64,000 nucleotides of DNA from Blepharisma stoltei ATCC 30299 (GCA_965603825.1 CBFDEM010000013.1:682001-746000); one strand, 5' to 3'; counted from the first letter of the stretch, positions 34,401-46,960 are shown. Notes: generated by a model not told the origin, from the letters alone. Program-made: numbers and translations.

Positions 34401-37400
34401 ACTAAAGCAATAGAACTTTTGCTTAAAATGTCCCCAATCCCGATTAGCTCATAGTTCGGGAATGGCTGATCTGTACATATTATCAAATAGCAAGCTAAAA
34501 AAGTCAGAGACAGAAAATGTGAGCACACATAAACTATGCTAAACGAATAAGTCTCTATTACAATATGCAGCAGCACAGTAATAACTGTCGCTATAAATAG
34601 CGCACATCCAAATACATCAAAATTCCCAGTCATTCCTTCTTCATTTGTTAAATCTAATTCTGCTTCTGTGACCCACAGAAACAAAATTCCTCCTTGGATT
34701 ATAGAATGCATGCTATAGTAAAATAAAACTTTATAATTGAATAAAGAATTTTTAATTCCTTGAGAATACAGCAGCTTTAAGTCAGCGTTTTTTGAGTCTG
34801 AAATGTCTTGGTCGAATACGCCAAGTACTATTAAAGGAAAAGTGGTGTATAATAAATTATATCCGACTAATAAGCCTGAGTTAAATATAGATGTGCCTGA
34901 AAAATCACTTATAAAAACATATCCAAATGTAATCACAGTAAGGATGAAATTTTTATAAAAATACAGCAAAATAGCTCGTGACATTCGGGAATAGTTTCAG
35001 TGGCCATGGACAAGGATTAGTTCTTTTAGTAATGCAAAGTGGCTGATTGCGATTTCACAGAAATTTTTGGCATGGTTGTCTTCTTTGCCTTTAATGCCAA
35101 TACCTACATCAGCTTCTTGAATCATTGCAATGTCACTATTGCTGCTTCCTATTGCAAGGACTAAAGGCTTATAGATGATGTTTTCTTTAAGAAGTAGCAC
35201 TAAATCTGCTTTGTCTTGAGGTAGCATATCAGAAAAGCAAGCTGTCTGTGCAGTCACTAGTAAGCAAACTAGGAGTTTTCTTGTATCTTCAGTACTTAAA
35301 GCAGTCCGAAAAGACATTCTGTCTATTGATAAGCCAAATTTTAAGGATCCTGGATAGAATGGCCGATTCATTAGAGTGAAGTTTAGCATGCACTTGCTTT
35401 CTAATGTCATTAAAGGATGGAGAGACAGCCCTTTTGTCTTAGATCGAAGCTTATCTTTTAGCATTGAGGCTTCTTCTAGGTATTCACTCACAATGCTTTC
35501 ATCAGGCTTCATAGAATTCATTTCTTTTACAAAAGGGTCATAGCTGGCATAGTCAATATGTGAAGGGCTTTTGGAAATATTTTCTATGCCTACATCATGA
35601 AATACTTTAGAGCTGATAACTTTTTGCAGTCTTTTTATACATGCAAATTCGTTGTCGATTTTATTTATATGGACAATTGATAGATCCTGACTGAAAAGTT
35701 TTGAGCCATTTGCAGAGGCCAAGGTACTGTTTTCAGAGTCACCGCTGACCATAAATACTTTCATTCCAGAAGCTTGTAAAGCTTCAATGCATTCAATTGT
35801 TTCAGGAAGTATCCTGTCTTCTATCCCAGCAATCCCGAGAAAATCGAGGTTTTTTTCTAATTCAGCATAAACGTTTTCTATTTTCCCATCCACATTTAGA
35901 GGCGATCTCTTAGCAATGTCTAATTTTGTGAAAAAATCAATTATTTCGTGGCTTTTTAAAGTTTTCATTGCAAATAGTAGTGGGCGCTGACCTTCTAAGC
36001 TGATTCGGGTTGCTTCATTTGAAATTTGGATTTTTATGGTTTCATTATGCAAGAGAGGAACTATAGACTCATAAGAGCCCTTTACCAATAGTACAGCATT
36101 TTGATCTTTTTGTTTAGTGATGATTCTCGTTTTTAATTGGTCTGCTTTTGATGCTTTTGCCCCAAGGATAGTAAATTCTTCTTTGATTCCATTAATTTCG
36201 ATTTCACAGAGCTCAATAGACCGAAGAATTAGTTTAAATCCAAGCTCTTCTGCAGCAGTCACCAATGCGATTTCTTCAGCCAGAGGGCCATGATATTGAT
36301 CGCCACTAGGAACTACTGAGTTGCACAAAGTCATGCATTTTAAAAGTTTTCATTTAATTCCTTCTTTCTGAGCTAGTGCTTTTCTTCTGAGTTTTTCTAA
36401 ATTATTTTCTACAGGCACAATATGTTGCACCTCAAGGCTGTCAGCTAGCTGAAAAGTGCTATCTTTATTATTAAGATTGTGAAATAATGGTTTATCCTCA
36501 TCGGCATTAGAGTAGCTTCTTTCATAATTATGATATCTGACATATTGTTCATCTTCTACAGAAATGCATTGTAAAATATATTCATTTTCTGTAATTGTCC
36601 CACTTTTATCAACTACGACATACTCTATTTGTCCAAGATTTTCATTAATGTCTCCAGTTTTGAAGCCAATTTTTTTGTTCATGGAGTATTGAATATAAAT
36701 AACCTGGAGAACCCTGATGATGTCCATTGATACAAACAGAGAAATAGGGATGATGTTATTATATAGCAAAGTAAAAGTAATGAAAATTTGGACCAGGGAG
36801 TCTTGTGAATAGTCATCATTTGATAGATAATAATATGCTAGAATAGAAAAAACATTCAGCCCTACAAGCACCAGTAATATAAATAAGACCCATTTATTGA
36901 TCTTTTTTTCAACCTCACTTGTTTTTCTAGTAGGAGATTTCGTGTTTAGTAAAGTCTTGGTTTCATGGCCTGCAAATGCAACTAAACCAATCACCCATGG
37001 AACTCCGCCTATAACTCCACCTCTAAATAAAGCCTGCTCAATCCCTATTTCCAATGCTTTCGGAAACCCATGCAGTTTAATTTTCCCTTTAAACCTAGCG
37101 AAATCTTTATTAGGCTCTTCCACATATACAATTCCTTGCAATTTCCTTAGCGCTAGGTCTCCATCCCCAGGTGCTAATAATCTTTGCAAATCAGGAATTA
37201 TTTTTTTTTGGTTTGAGTCAGAATTCCCAATAATCCCATTTGTATCCAAATAAGGATACTGAGACTCAGACCCTGATGAAAGTAGAATCATATCAGCAGG
37301 GACGATTCCTCCTTCATTTAAGAGTATGATGTTCCCTACGATGATATCTTTGCTTTTAATCTTTTCAAAGCTGCTGCCACTCCAGCAATCATATTCCATT

Positions 37401-37726
37401 GAGTTCATATTATCGTCATCTTTGGATCGGTATAGGTCATCTATTGCATCTTTAGCTAATGTAAAGAACAGTAGAATTGCTAATGGTACAATGGTACTTC
37501 AAGAGTCTGTAGGGTTCAGGTTGAGTGGAATCAGCTGGAATACAGAAACCAAGAGAAATCAGATGTTCGATGTCCTTTGAAATTGCTCGAATAAGTTTTT
37601 AGGAAGAATTGAATATTTAGTGTAACGAGTAGATTTGACAGAATTGTTAGGAAATAAAGATATATGAGGAGCAGAACAGCCATCAACTTTGAATTCTCGT
37701 CAATGAGTTTCTTCTTTGCGTGCCAT
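31430..37726 (-). CDS. Alveolate-type P4-ATPase/guanylyl cyclase fusion (2098 aa)
   Basis: Five ORF fragments share one frame via TGA; [57 protein letters not shown][W]NY.R; two TM blocks; cyclase cores [25 protein letters not shown] and [23 protein letters not shown]. Confidence 0.93.
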
Positions 37727-38160
37727 AATTGTTTAAATCAAGTGAAGCAATTTAATAGAGATGAGGCGTTACACAATTCTGGTTTTCTATTTTAAGGCGA
37801 ATTATTAATAAAATTTTATCATGATCTTTATGATTTTAAAGCTTAAGTGCTTGTGTATTTAAGATATAGAAGGAATAGAAAAAAATTATATAAAAATGAA
37901 GGGGTTATAAATGTGATAAGTTAGGGTGGAAGAAATAATTAATTAATATGAGATAGTAATACAAAATTAATAGGTAAAATGGAATTATTCTAAAATTATG
38001 CATTATGCTTTATAATTGACTAAACAGAACTCAATGAAAAAAATTATTATTTATGAAAATGCCAGTTATTTATAAAATTTAAAACGTTTATTAGCAACTA
38101 TTTGGTATTTTTATTAGAAAATTATCTAAAATGAAATATATCATTTGAAAATTATAATTA

Positions 38161-39666
38161 ATGTCAAGAGATAAAATAGGACTACAGATAAGAACTGAAT
38201 TATTTGATCATGGCGTTTTTCCTTGTCCACAGCGTCTTAATCAAAGCTCAATCGTAAATCTTGTTAAATCCCTTTATCTTTCAGCATCCCACGATGGAAA
38301 AATTACTATTTCTCAATGAGCTGAAGCTGCAATTAAGCAGCTTTCTCTTACTCTTCAAGAAGCAGAAATCTACTTCGAACTCTTTAGAAGTTTAGCCTAC
38401 GAGCGTAAGCCCCAGCAGCCAATAATCGATATAAAGCCATTTGCAATATTTTTAATATTACAGCTTTATAGCACTGCTACAACAAGAATCAGCTTAGAAA
38501 ATGCTTCAAGTCTCACTTCTAAATTCAACAGTGACGGTCCAGGCTTCTCTGCCTCAGGCACTTATCCAAGTCCAGCTTCCTCTCCTCGAGCTAAAGCAGT
38601 TAGAGGCTTTTTATTCAGTCAGCCTGCTTCAGATTTTCAAATGAGCCATCAATTTGTAAAAAGCAACTTGAAATTATTGATGAAAGTTATTAGCGCAGAT
38701 TTACAAGCAGCTGAGGTTGCTTTAACTTCAACTGAATTCAACTCATTAGGATTTTTATGTATCCCTACAACTGGCACTCCTGAAGTCCCTATAAGCAGAA
38801 TGGTTCCTTTTTACCAAACCAAACCACAAACAGCAAGGGTTCATTCTGATGATCTTTCAGAATGGATCAACAGAAAACTTGTGTGCGTTACTAATGAATC
38901 AGTAGCTGAAAGGCCTGGAGTTCTTTTATTGACTGGGCTTAACCGAAGTGTAGTTATTAAAGGACAAAATGAGTGCCAAGGAAAAGATATAAGGCTTTCT
39001 AATTGTGAAGAAAGCTACGTGTATATAAATACAGCCGTAAAACAAATATCAATGATCAACTGTCGAGAAGTGACGCTATATGTGGCTGCTGTTTCTAAGG
39101 TAGCGACTATGGATAAATGCGAACTATGCACAATAGCATTGGCATCAAATATGCTGAGGGTTGGAAACTCAGTGGACTGCACAGTTTATACTTATTCTCC
39201 TTTTCCTCCAGTTTTATATGGAGATAATAGGGGGATTACATTAGGCCCTTTTAATGTGTATTATCCTGAAGTTATCAGAATGTTAGAAGCCGCAGAAATT
39301 CCTAACAGCAGCATAAACCCAAAATGCATTCACAACTGGTCAGCACCTATAGAAATGAATTCAGAACAGTCAGGACACTGTTTCACATTATTGCAGCCAA
39401 AAGACTTTTTTAAGCTTGTACTCCCAAGCCAATTCGGTGCTCAAAATCCTGTCCTTCAGCTAACCCCAGAAGAATTTGTAAGCGCTATAAGGATCCGCGA
39501 AGAATATTTCGCAAGTATCCAAGGCGCCATTGCAAAAGCAGGTTTAAACGAAGAACAAGAGAGAAGGCTGCATTTATCAATCCAAGGATACTTCCGGGAG
39601 TGGCTTGTGTCTTCTGGACACGTTAAAGGTCCTTTAGAATTAGTAAGAATGATTGATCAAGAATAA
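38161..39666 (+). CDS. TBCCD1: TBCC-domain protein, TBCCD1-like (501 aa)
   Basis: ATG 38161 in frame via one TGA; beta-helix IRLSNCEESYVY..INCREVTLYV..GDNRGITLGPFN; C-terminal IQGYFREWLVSSG. Confidence 0.82.
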
Positions 39667-39679
39667 AATAATAATTATA

Positions 39680-40747
39680 ATGAGAAGATTCCTTCCTAAA
39701 TCTCTCGGCCTCAACCCAAATTTCAATTTGACAGGCTATGCAGATATGAAAGGCTGCAGCTGCAAAGTTCCACAAGTAAAGCTTCAAGAATATCTCAGAG
39801 ACGTAGGCATTGATATGAGCCAAATGGAATCCCCTGATAGCTCAATAGTGCCAGTTGGCAATGGGATGGTCCTATGCTCAACTACAGATTTTTTTAACCC
39901 TTGTGTAGCAGACCCTTATTTGCAAGGCCAAATTGCTGCTTGCAATGTATTGAGTGACCTATACGCGCTTGGAATCAGCACCTGTACAAATATGCTGATG
40001 GTTTTGGCTGTAAGCAAGCTTATTGACGAAAATGATAAAAAGATAGCGACTTCTCAGATGATGAAAGGGTTTAATGACATGGCAACAAAAGCTGGGACTA
40101 CAGTAACTGGTGGGCAGTCAATTATAAATCCTTGGCCTATTATAGGAGGTGTAGGGATGTCAGTTGTCCCTGAAACACAAGTGATATATCCACGTGGAGC
40201 TCAGCCAGGAGATATGCTTGTATTAACCAAACCATTAGGTTGCCAGCTTGCCGTCAATCTTTATGAATGGTTTTACTACAAGCCTCATCAGCTTGAAAAG
40301 CTTACAACTAAGCCATCTGAAGAAATAGTCAATGAAATATTCAATAAAGCTTGTGACTCAATGGGCTCATTAAATAGAAAAGCAGCTGAGCTTATGCATA
40401 AATATGGATCCAAAGGGGCAACTGATGTAACTGGGTTTGGAATTCTTGGACATAGCAGGAATTTGGCTTCAGTGCAGCATGCGGATGTGGATATTGTGAT
40501 ACATACTCTGCCAACGTTTGCTGGAGCTATACAGTTTGATAAGCAGGTTCATAATTATAGGTTTATTGAAGGGTTTTCAGCAGAAACAAGTGGAGGGCTT
40601 TTAGTTATTCTTCCAAGGGAAAATGCACAGTCTTATATAGATGATTTTGAAAGACAAGAAGGAAGGCAGGCGTGGATTGTTGGGGAAGTAGTGCCAGGGA
40701 CAAAGCAGGCTAGAGTTGTTGAGAATCCAAAAATTATAAACGTATAA
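39680..40747 (+). CDS. selD: Selenophosphate synthetase (SelD/SEPHS), Cys-type (355 aa)
   Basis: KGCSCKVPQ, STTDFF, DPYLQGQIAACNVLSDLYALG, GGQS..NPW, LTKPLG, TDVTGFGILGH, ETSGGLL. Confidence 0.95.
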   Translation: MRRFLPKSLGLNPNFNLTGYADMKGCSCKVPQVKLQEYLRDVGIDMSQMESPDSSIVPVGNGMVLCSTTDFFNPCVADPYLQGQIAACNVLSDLYALGISTCTNMLMVLAVSKLIDENDKKIATSQMMKGFNDMATKAGTTVTGGQSIINPWPIIGGVGMSVVPETQVIYPRGAQPGDMLVLTKPLGCQLAVNLYEWFYYKPHQLEKLTTKPSEEIVNEIFNKACDSMGSLNRKAAELMHKYGSKGATDVTGFGILGHSRNLASVQHADVDIVIHTLPTFAGAIQFDKQVHNYRFIEGFSAETSGGLLVILPRENAQSYIDDFERQEGRQAWIVGEVVPGTKQARVVENPKIINV

Positions 40748-41752
40748 ATAATCGTACGCTATAATTTGAGAAATATTCTTAATATTTTATTTGATATTCT
40801 TTATGTAAATAAAAATGTAGCCATTATTAGTCATTAGGATTTTCGAGATCATGAAAATTATTAGATTAGAATTTTTTCACAGTTTAGATCATCGAAAAAG
40901 AAATATTAAATTTTTAGTAGATTGCAAAAACAAAATATGCATAGAATTTTAATATCTTATGCTTTGCAAGGCATTTTGGGTATTCAAAGTGCTATTGAAA
41001 ATAATATCGAATTTTCCAGAAAATGGAGTTTAATATTTATAAATAGTAAAAATAAATTTTCAGAGTTTTGAAGGATTTTGAAGTGATCATAAAGTAACTT
41101 CAGAATTTAAATATTGTAAATGTAAAGAATTTTCTGTCTCTATATTTAGGATCAGAAAATACCTCGAATGTTGGCTTTCAAGTTAAAACATCAAATAAAG
41201 TCTCTGGCTTAATTTCACAGCAGAAATAGAGCAATGAGCGTCAAAAAATAAAATTCAGCCATTATCATGTGAGTTTTACTTGAGGTAAAAATAGTCTTAT
41301 TCAAGCGCATTTAATTATAGAGTTGTAAATTTAAACTTAATTTCAATAAAAATCGAATAAATTGAAAGCTTAATAAATTTTGTTAGTTTAAAAACTATTT
41401 GTCCTAAAAATCAAAATTGTGTTTTTCTGACGACATAAAAATAATAAAAGAAATACCGATTAACAAAGATATTTATAAGACATTATTCAATAACTCTGAA
41501 AGCAATAGATGCGCAATATTTAAATATATATGCTTTCTTATCCATATTGAAATATGCAAAAAAGCCCTTTAAGAATTTATTGGCTTTTTATGATAATATA
41601 TGAGAATACTAATATATATTTCTTGCTCAGCATAAATAATTCCATAGAATTACTGCAAGCTCAACTAAACCTCTTTCCTAAATTTTTATAAACCTTGGAT
41701 CATATTTTTCCATTTTATTGAACAGTATTAGAGATCCACATAATTTAAAAAA

Positions 41753-42328
41753 TTAGTTAATATTACTGTTCATATACCCACTTTGTGAAAAGTTAAGGAA
41801 CATCTGCATTATTTGCTGCTCCCTTTCCCTCGAATTGATAAGATCCACCAATAATTTTTGGTTCACTTCGATGGCGTCTTTGTACTTTTTCTCTAAAATA
41901 TTTATAGTGTTTTGCATTTGTTCTTGTTGAGTTTGAAGCTGAATGCACCTGTTCAGGATAACCTCATTTGCGCTCTTAATGGTATTAGCCATTGTTTGTG
42001 AAAGTTCAGAAGTTTTCCTATGTATATGTTCCAACAGGTGTTTCTGTCCCTTTACAAAATTAGGGTGGCTGAAGATTTGATGATCTCCAGAATCTTTGAC
42101 CTTATGGAAATCATACATATTCAACTGTCTTATGAAACTGGCGAGGTTTCGATGTTTGAAGTATTGTGGCAGGATTCGTGATGAAAACTCATTCACATTT
42201 TTGATTATGAAGGAGTTCCCATCATCGGTTCAGCTAACTATGTCATGGTAATCTTCATTGCTTACCATGTCAAATGTTTTCGCAAGAAAGGACGTCGGTC
42301 TTACTCTATCTTGTTTGGTTTTGGTCAT
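41753..42328 (-). CDS. HSF-type DNA-binding transcription factor (191 aa)
   Basis: FLAKTFDMV..IVS[W]TDDGNSF (TGA 42230)..LPQYFKHRNLASFIRQLNMYDFHK, then coiled coil. Confidence 0.92.
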
Positions 42329-43284
42329 AATTATTTTTATTATAGCCGATAGTAAATGCTAAATTTTCCATTTTATTCTAGAATCGAATATGGCTATAAA
42401 AGCAAAATTTCATTTGTCCAAAAAATAAAAATTGAAGCAGCTATTTCTAATGGATATTAGTCTAATGAATATTTTTGCTATTATAATCAATATGAACGAT
42501 AAGGCAAGAAAGTTTTCCTTAGTGTGAAATGGCGATTAGACATCAAATTAATAATTCCATTTTAGTTTGAAATTTTCTCAATTTTCAGCTAATAGATAAA
42601 GTATTTCTAGCAGTGGGAGAGGTCATAGTTTATTTATTCAAAATCCCAAAAAGTATTATTCAAGTATCTCTTTCTAAATCCTAATATGCTAATTGAAAGA
42701 AAAAATAATCTTTTTCTCTATTCAGTTTACATTGTTATTCGTGTATAAATTCCTGATAATGATGAAGGGTTTCAATTAAAGAAGTTGATTTTGCATGCTA
42801 TTCAGTCAGATTGTAAACTTAGCCCTTGATGTTTAAAAATCCAGTCATTTGAAAAATAATTTAGCAGTTGGGTTATGATTTAATGATGAATATTGAGTAT
42901 CTGAGAGACATTGTATGCTGAATAGAATCCCAAATAAGCGCCTCAATCAAAAGCTGATAAAGTTCTAGATCACTTTATTTTTAAGATTTATGGGACATAT
43001 TGGTGATCAGTATTTTCATAGTGAAGTTATCTAAAGATTGAGAATTTTATAAAAGCGAAGGTTTAAACAGCTGCCATGAATTGGCATCTGGAATATAAAT
43101 CGAAGACTTAATTTAATTTTTATTTTCTTCGAATAAACCAGCCAAGCTTCTAGATTAACTTGATTTTATATAAAAATGGATTCCGAATACTCTGGAAACT
43201 GACTGCAAAAAACAATTTCACATAAATAAACAATTGGAAAAATCGCAAAATTAATTGTGTTTTCCCCAGTATTTCACAGTTAAT

Positions 43285-44145
43285 TTAACTTAAAATCAAT
43301 AAAATGATTGAAAGCCCTAAAAGTCTTCCTTCGCAAGTACTTTTGAGCTCTTTAAGTTTCTGGTACATTTTCATTTCTTTTGCGTCATTTTTCAAGCATT
43401 CATCAGCATATTGAAGCAGAGGATAATTTAAGGCTTCGTATAACGATATTGTTCCATCCATGATATCTCCACTGTAAATCAGCTCAACAGCTTGAAGCAT
43501 AGGCTTATCACTATTATGAAGCCTACAATAAGCCTGCCCTTTTAGCCCTGGCACACAGACACATTCACTTAATGTCCCATCAGTGCTATTACAGTCATTA
43601 TTACTTTTGCATTCAACTGGCAGCTCTCCAATCGAAATTGATGGCTTTTTACAAATCCCACTTCTAATTATTCCAGACTTGCAAGCTACTTTTGAGTCTG
43701 CAGGCTTCCCTGCTTCTATAGAGAAATTTGGAATGCATTTTTTGCTATCACAAACCGACCCAGACGCACATTCATTAAATTGAGTGCAGCTTTCTCCTAA
43801 CTTTTTTTTCGGTTTACAAATCCCTGCATTCTCAGTGAGCGCACAATAAAAATTTGGTATGCAAGGGCTAGATAAGTCGCATTCATCATTTTTTTCTTTA
43901 TATTCTAAGCATTTAAGGTCTATTGGGTTATCTTCAACACCTTCTACACATTGCTGAGATGTTAGGTTGTAGAGATTAAAGTCAGGACAATAGCTTGAGT
44001 CTGGACACGGTGTGTAAATAACAAGATCTTCAACTATTTGGATGCATTGATCCATCATATGCTCTCGACAGATAACTGTTGGGCAGAATAATGCTGAGAC
44101 AAATGTGAGAAATAGTAAAATGAATGTAAAAATGACCACAAACAT
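43285..44145 (-). CDS. Cys-rich secreted, probably GPI-anchored surface protein (286 aa)
   Basis: Hydrophobic signal MFVVIFTFILLFLTFVSA, repeated Cys modules, hydrophobic C-terminus LLGLSIILLILS. Confidence 0.82.
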   Translation of the reverse strand: MFVVIFTFILLFLTFVSALFCPTVICREHMMDQCIQIVEDLVIYTPCPDSSYCPDFNLYNLTSQQCVEGVEDNPIDLKCLEYKEKNDECDLSSPCIPNFYCALTENAGICKPKKKLGESCTQFNECASGSVCDSKKCIPNFSIEAGKPADSKVACKSGIIRSGICKKPSISIGELPVECKSNNDCNSTDGTLSECVCVPGLKGQAYCRLHNSDKPMLQAVELIYSGDIMDGTISLYEALNYPLLQYADECLKNDAKEMKMYQKLKELKSTCEGRLLGLSIILLILS

Positions 44146-44517
44146 TAATTATATGAAGCTAATATGAGTTATTTTGACTGAATGGTGCTTTAGGCATGAT
44201 ATTAAATGATATATTTGAGAGATAAGGCTCAATATGATATTAACTTTTTTAAAGTATAGCAAATTAGCATAAGAAGTGATATATAGAGATTAAGCCGCCA
44301 ATAAATTATTATTGAATTAATAAGTTGATTTTATATTATGAAAATACTTCTTATCATATTTTTTAAAATTTTTAATTTTTATTATTTACTTTTATAGCAT
44401 TTGATTAAAAAATTAATTAATTATTTGAAGAAAAGCAAACAATCTTTAAATGCAAAGCTAGTGTAATAATATAAAAGAAGTATAAAACTTTGCAATTGAA
44501 TAGAGAGATATAATAAT

Positions 44518-44733
44518 ATGGCGGACTCTGAAAATCCATCACAACCAGCTGAAGACTTAACTGTATTTGTCCAAAATTTGCTGCAGCAGATGCAAGGAAG
44601 GTTTCAACAAATGTCAGATGCAATTTTAAACAGAATTGACGATATGGGAGGAAGAATTGATGAACTTGAAAAATCAATTGGCCAACTTATGGAAGAAGCA
44701 GGAGTTGAAGAAGGGAAATCACCAAATCATTAG
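44518..44733 (+). CDS. HSBP1: Heat shock factor-binding protein 1 (71 aa)
   Basis: DLTVFVQNLLQQMQGRFQQMSDAILNRIDDMGGRIDELEKSIGQLMEEAG. Confidence 0.95.
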   Translation: MADSENPSQPAEDLTVFVQNLLQQMQGRFQQMSDAILNRIDDMGGRIDELEKSIGQLMEEAGVEEGKSPNH

Positions 44734-44908
44734 CAATTAATTAAATCAATTTATTATTCAAGGATCCTTTTCGCTTTATTTCGTCTTTATTCGTGAAACT
44801 TCTATGATTAAGTTTCTATAAATATTTTAAAATTTACTTAAAAGCCATTTCGAGTATAAAACTTATCGTTTTCCAGACAATCTCATTTAATTAGCCAAAT
44901 TAAATAAT

Positions 44909-46960
44909 ATGAGCAATAAACAACCTAGCCAGGAACAAAAAGTTGATGATGATATTAGGAAACAGTCAGAATTAGCGGAACTTAACAAATCTGTCACATT
45001 TTATCAACAAATTCCTGAGACATGCACAGTTCTCCAAGTTGCATGCACACATTATAACGGCTTTGTATTAAGCACGTCTGGATTAGTATACTCATGAGGA
45101 GAATGCACCTATGCTCTCGGCAGAAAACCTAAGAATCCTTTAGAGGCTAAAAAGCCTGCTGTAATAGCAGCTATTAAAGAAAAAAACATCATAAGTCTTG
45201 CATGTGGAGATAGCCATGTCATTGCACTTGACAGTGAGTCTGAAATTTATACTTGGGGAGACAATGAAAGCGGCCAGCTTGGAATAGGAAGCACAACTCC
45301 CTCGTATACTCCTAATAAAATCACTATAAAAGATGACCAGGCAGCCGGAATCTCTGCTGGCCCAGTAATCAGAATCTCTGCTGGCCCTGATTTTTCCTTT
45401 GCATTAGTCCAAACTGAAAGCGAAAACGGGATTTCTTATGATTCTTTTGCATGAGGAAACAATAAAAACGTAAGGCTTGGACAAGGCTCCAAATATGGGG
45501 AAAGGCAAGAAATATTCACAGAGCCTACAAAGATCATGAACCCTGGATGGGAGTCGAAAGAGCCTGACAAATTAATGATTTCCAATAAAAGAGGCAAAAA
45601 CATCGTCTACAAAACTAAATTCGGCCCCGAAATCGCTATAGGTGGTGTCAGCAAAAACGAACTCGCCAAAATCAACATAGAAAATGACAACTTAAAAAGA
45701 CGCCTCGAAATTATGACCAAAAAGGTTAGCGAAATAGAAGACGTCCTATTTGATAAACGAATAAAACCTTCCCCTAGCGCCTGAAGCGAAGACGAGACCT
45801 TAAAATCTTTCCAAAACATATTAGAAGAAACCATACAGACTGATGAAAACTGCAAGCTGAAAATTGAGGAAAAAACCCAGATGATTGAAGAAATTAAAGT
45901 GGCTATTGAAGCAAAGGAAAAAATGATTATTAGTAATGAAATTGATGAAAGAAAAGAAAAAGAAGAAATTGAAGAACTGGAAGATCTATTGGCGATTCAT
46001 AAGCTGAGGATGGAAAAAGAAAACGGGAAACAGACCGAGGATCACACAGCTACGACAGCAAAGACGAATATAGCGAAAAAGAGTGAAAAAGTTAAAAGTT
46101 TTGCAAAAACCAAGCTTGAATGTCAGTCTGAGCTAATTAAATTGCAAACGGACTTGAAAGAGCTGGCAGAGGATAAAGCGAAGCTTATTAAGCAGAAATT
46201 TGAAGCTGAGATTAAAATTGAGTTGTTTACAACAATGGTGGAAATAAGAAAAGACCAGCTAGTTCACGAATTTTTTGATAAAAATCAAAAAGCTGTCGAA
46301 ACAGACCTTAGAAATTTTATCTCAATTTATGATGCTGCCAATGACGCTGCAGTTGAAAATCTCAGTAAATCCGTATTAAATAGCTGCCTCACTAACTACA
46401 TACGGTCTTCCAACCACATATTTAAACAACTAAGACAAGAAATTTCAGAAATTCAAAAACGTCGGAAGCTAGATCAAGATACTTTCAGGGTTTTCCAGCC
46501 TCTAAGTCAGTTATGGTCAATATTAGAAGATAATATTGATCTCCGAGAAAGAGTAAACCATTATACCCAAGGAACGCTTTCCTTTTTAACAGAAACTGAA
46601 GCATTTCGCGATGAGCAAGAAAAATCAGAAACAGATGAAACTACTAGCTATATTGATGAAAAAGAACTTATGAAAAGGATTTTGGCCAAGTCAAATCTAG
46701 ATACGGTGGAAGATGAAGCTTTAAGTTATGACACAAAAGATATGAAAACCAAGCGAGAGACTGAAGAAGAGGAAGAGGAAGAAACTGAAAGAAATGAAAG
46801 AGAGGAAGAGGAAGAGGAAGAAGAAGAAGAAGAGGAAGAAAAAAATTCTGAAAATTATGAAGAAAATGAAGGAGGGAGTGAGGAGTATGAAAATAAGGGA
46901 AGGGGAAGTGTCCCAATAGAAAATAAGAAAGGAGAGAGAAACAAATGGGGATGCTGCTAA
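44909..46960 (+). CDS. RCC1-repeat plus coiled-coil protein with acidic tail and C-terminal CC (683 aa)
   Basis: VYS[W]GE (TGA 45095), LACGDSHVIAL..YTWGDNESGQLG, ISAGPDFS, FA[W]GNN..LG (TGA 45452), TGA 45782. Confidence 0.87.
46763..46840 (+). repeat. GAA/GAG low-complexity repeat (poly-Glu)
   Basis: gaagaagaggaagaggaagaa.. within the RCC1 gene tail. Confidence 0.85.

Noticed and set aside
31430-37726. Fragmented ORFs read as pseudogenes or an operon
   Set aside because: All fragments are in one frame and separated only by TGA (Trp)
42883-42957. C/D box snoRNA-like arrangement (ATGATGA..CTGA..CTGA)
   Set aside because: No terminal stem or rRNA guide that I can recognise; needs snoscan or sRNA data
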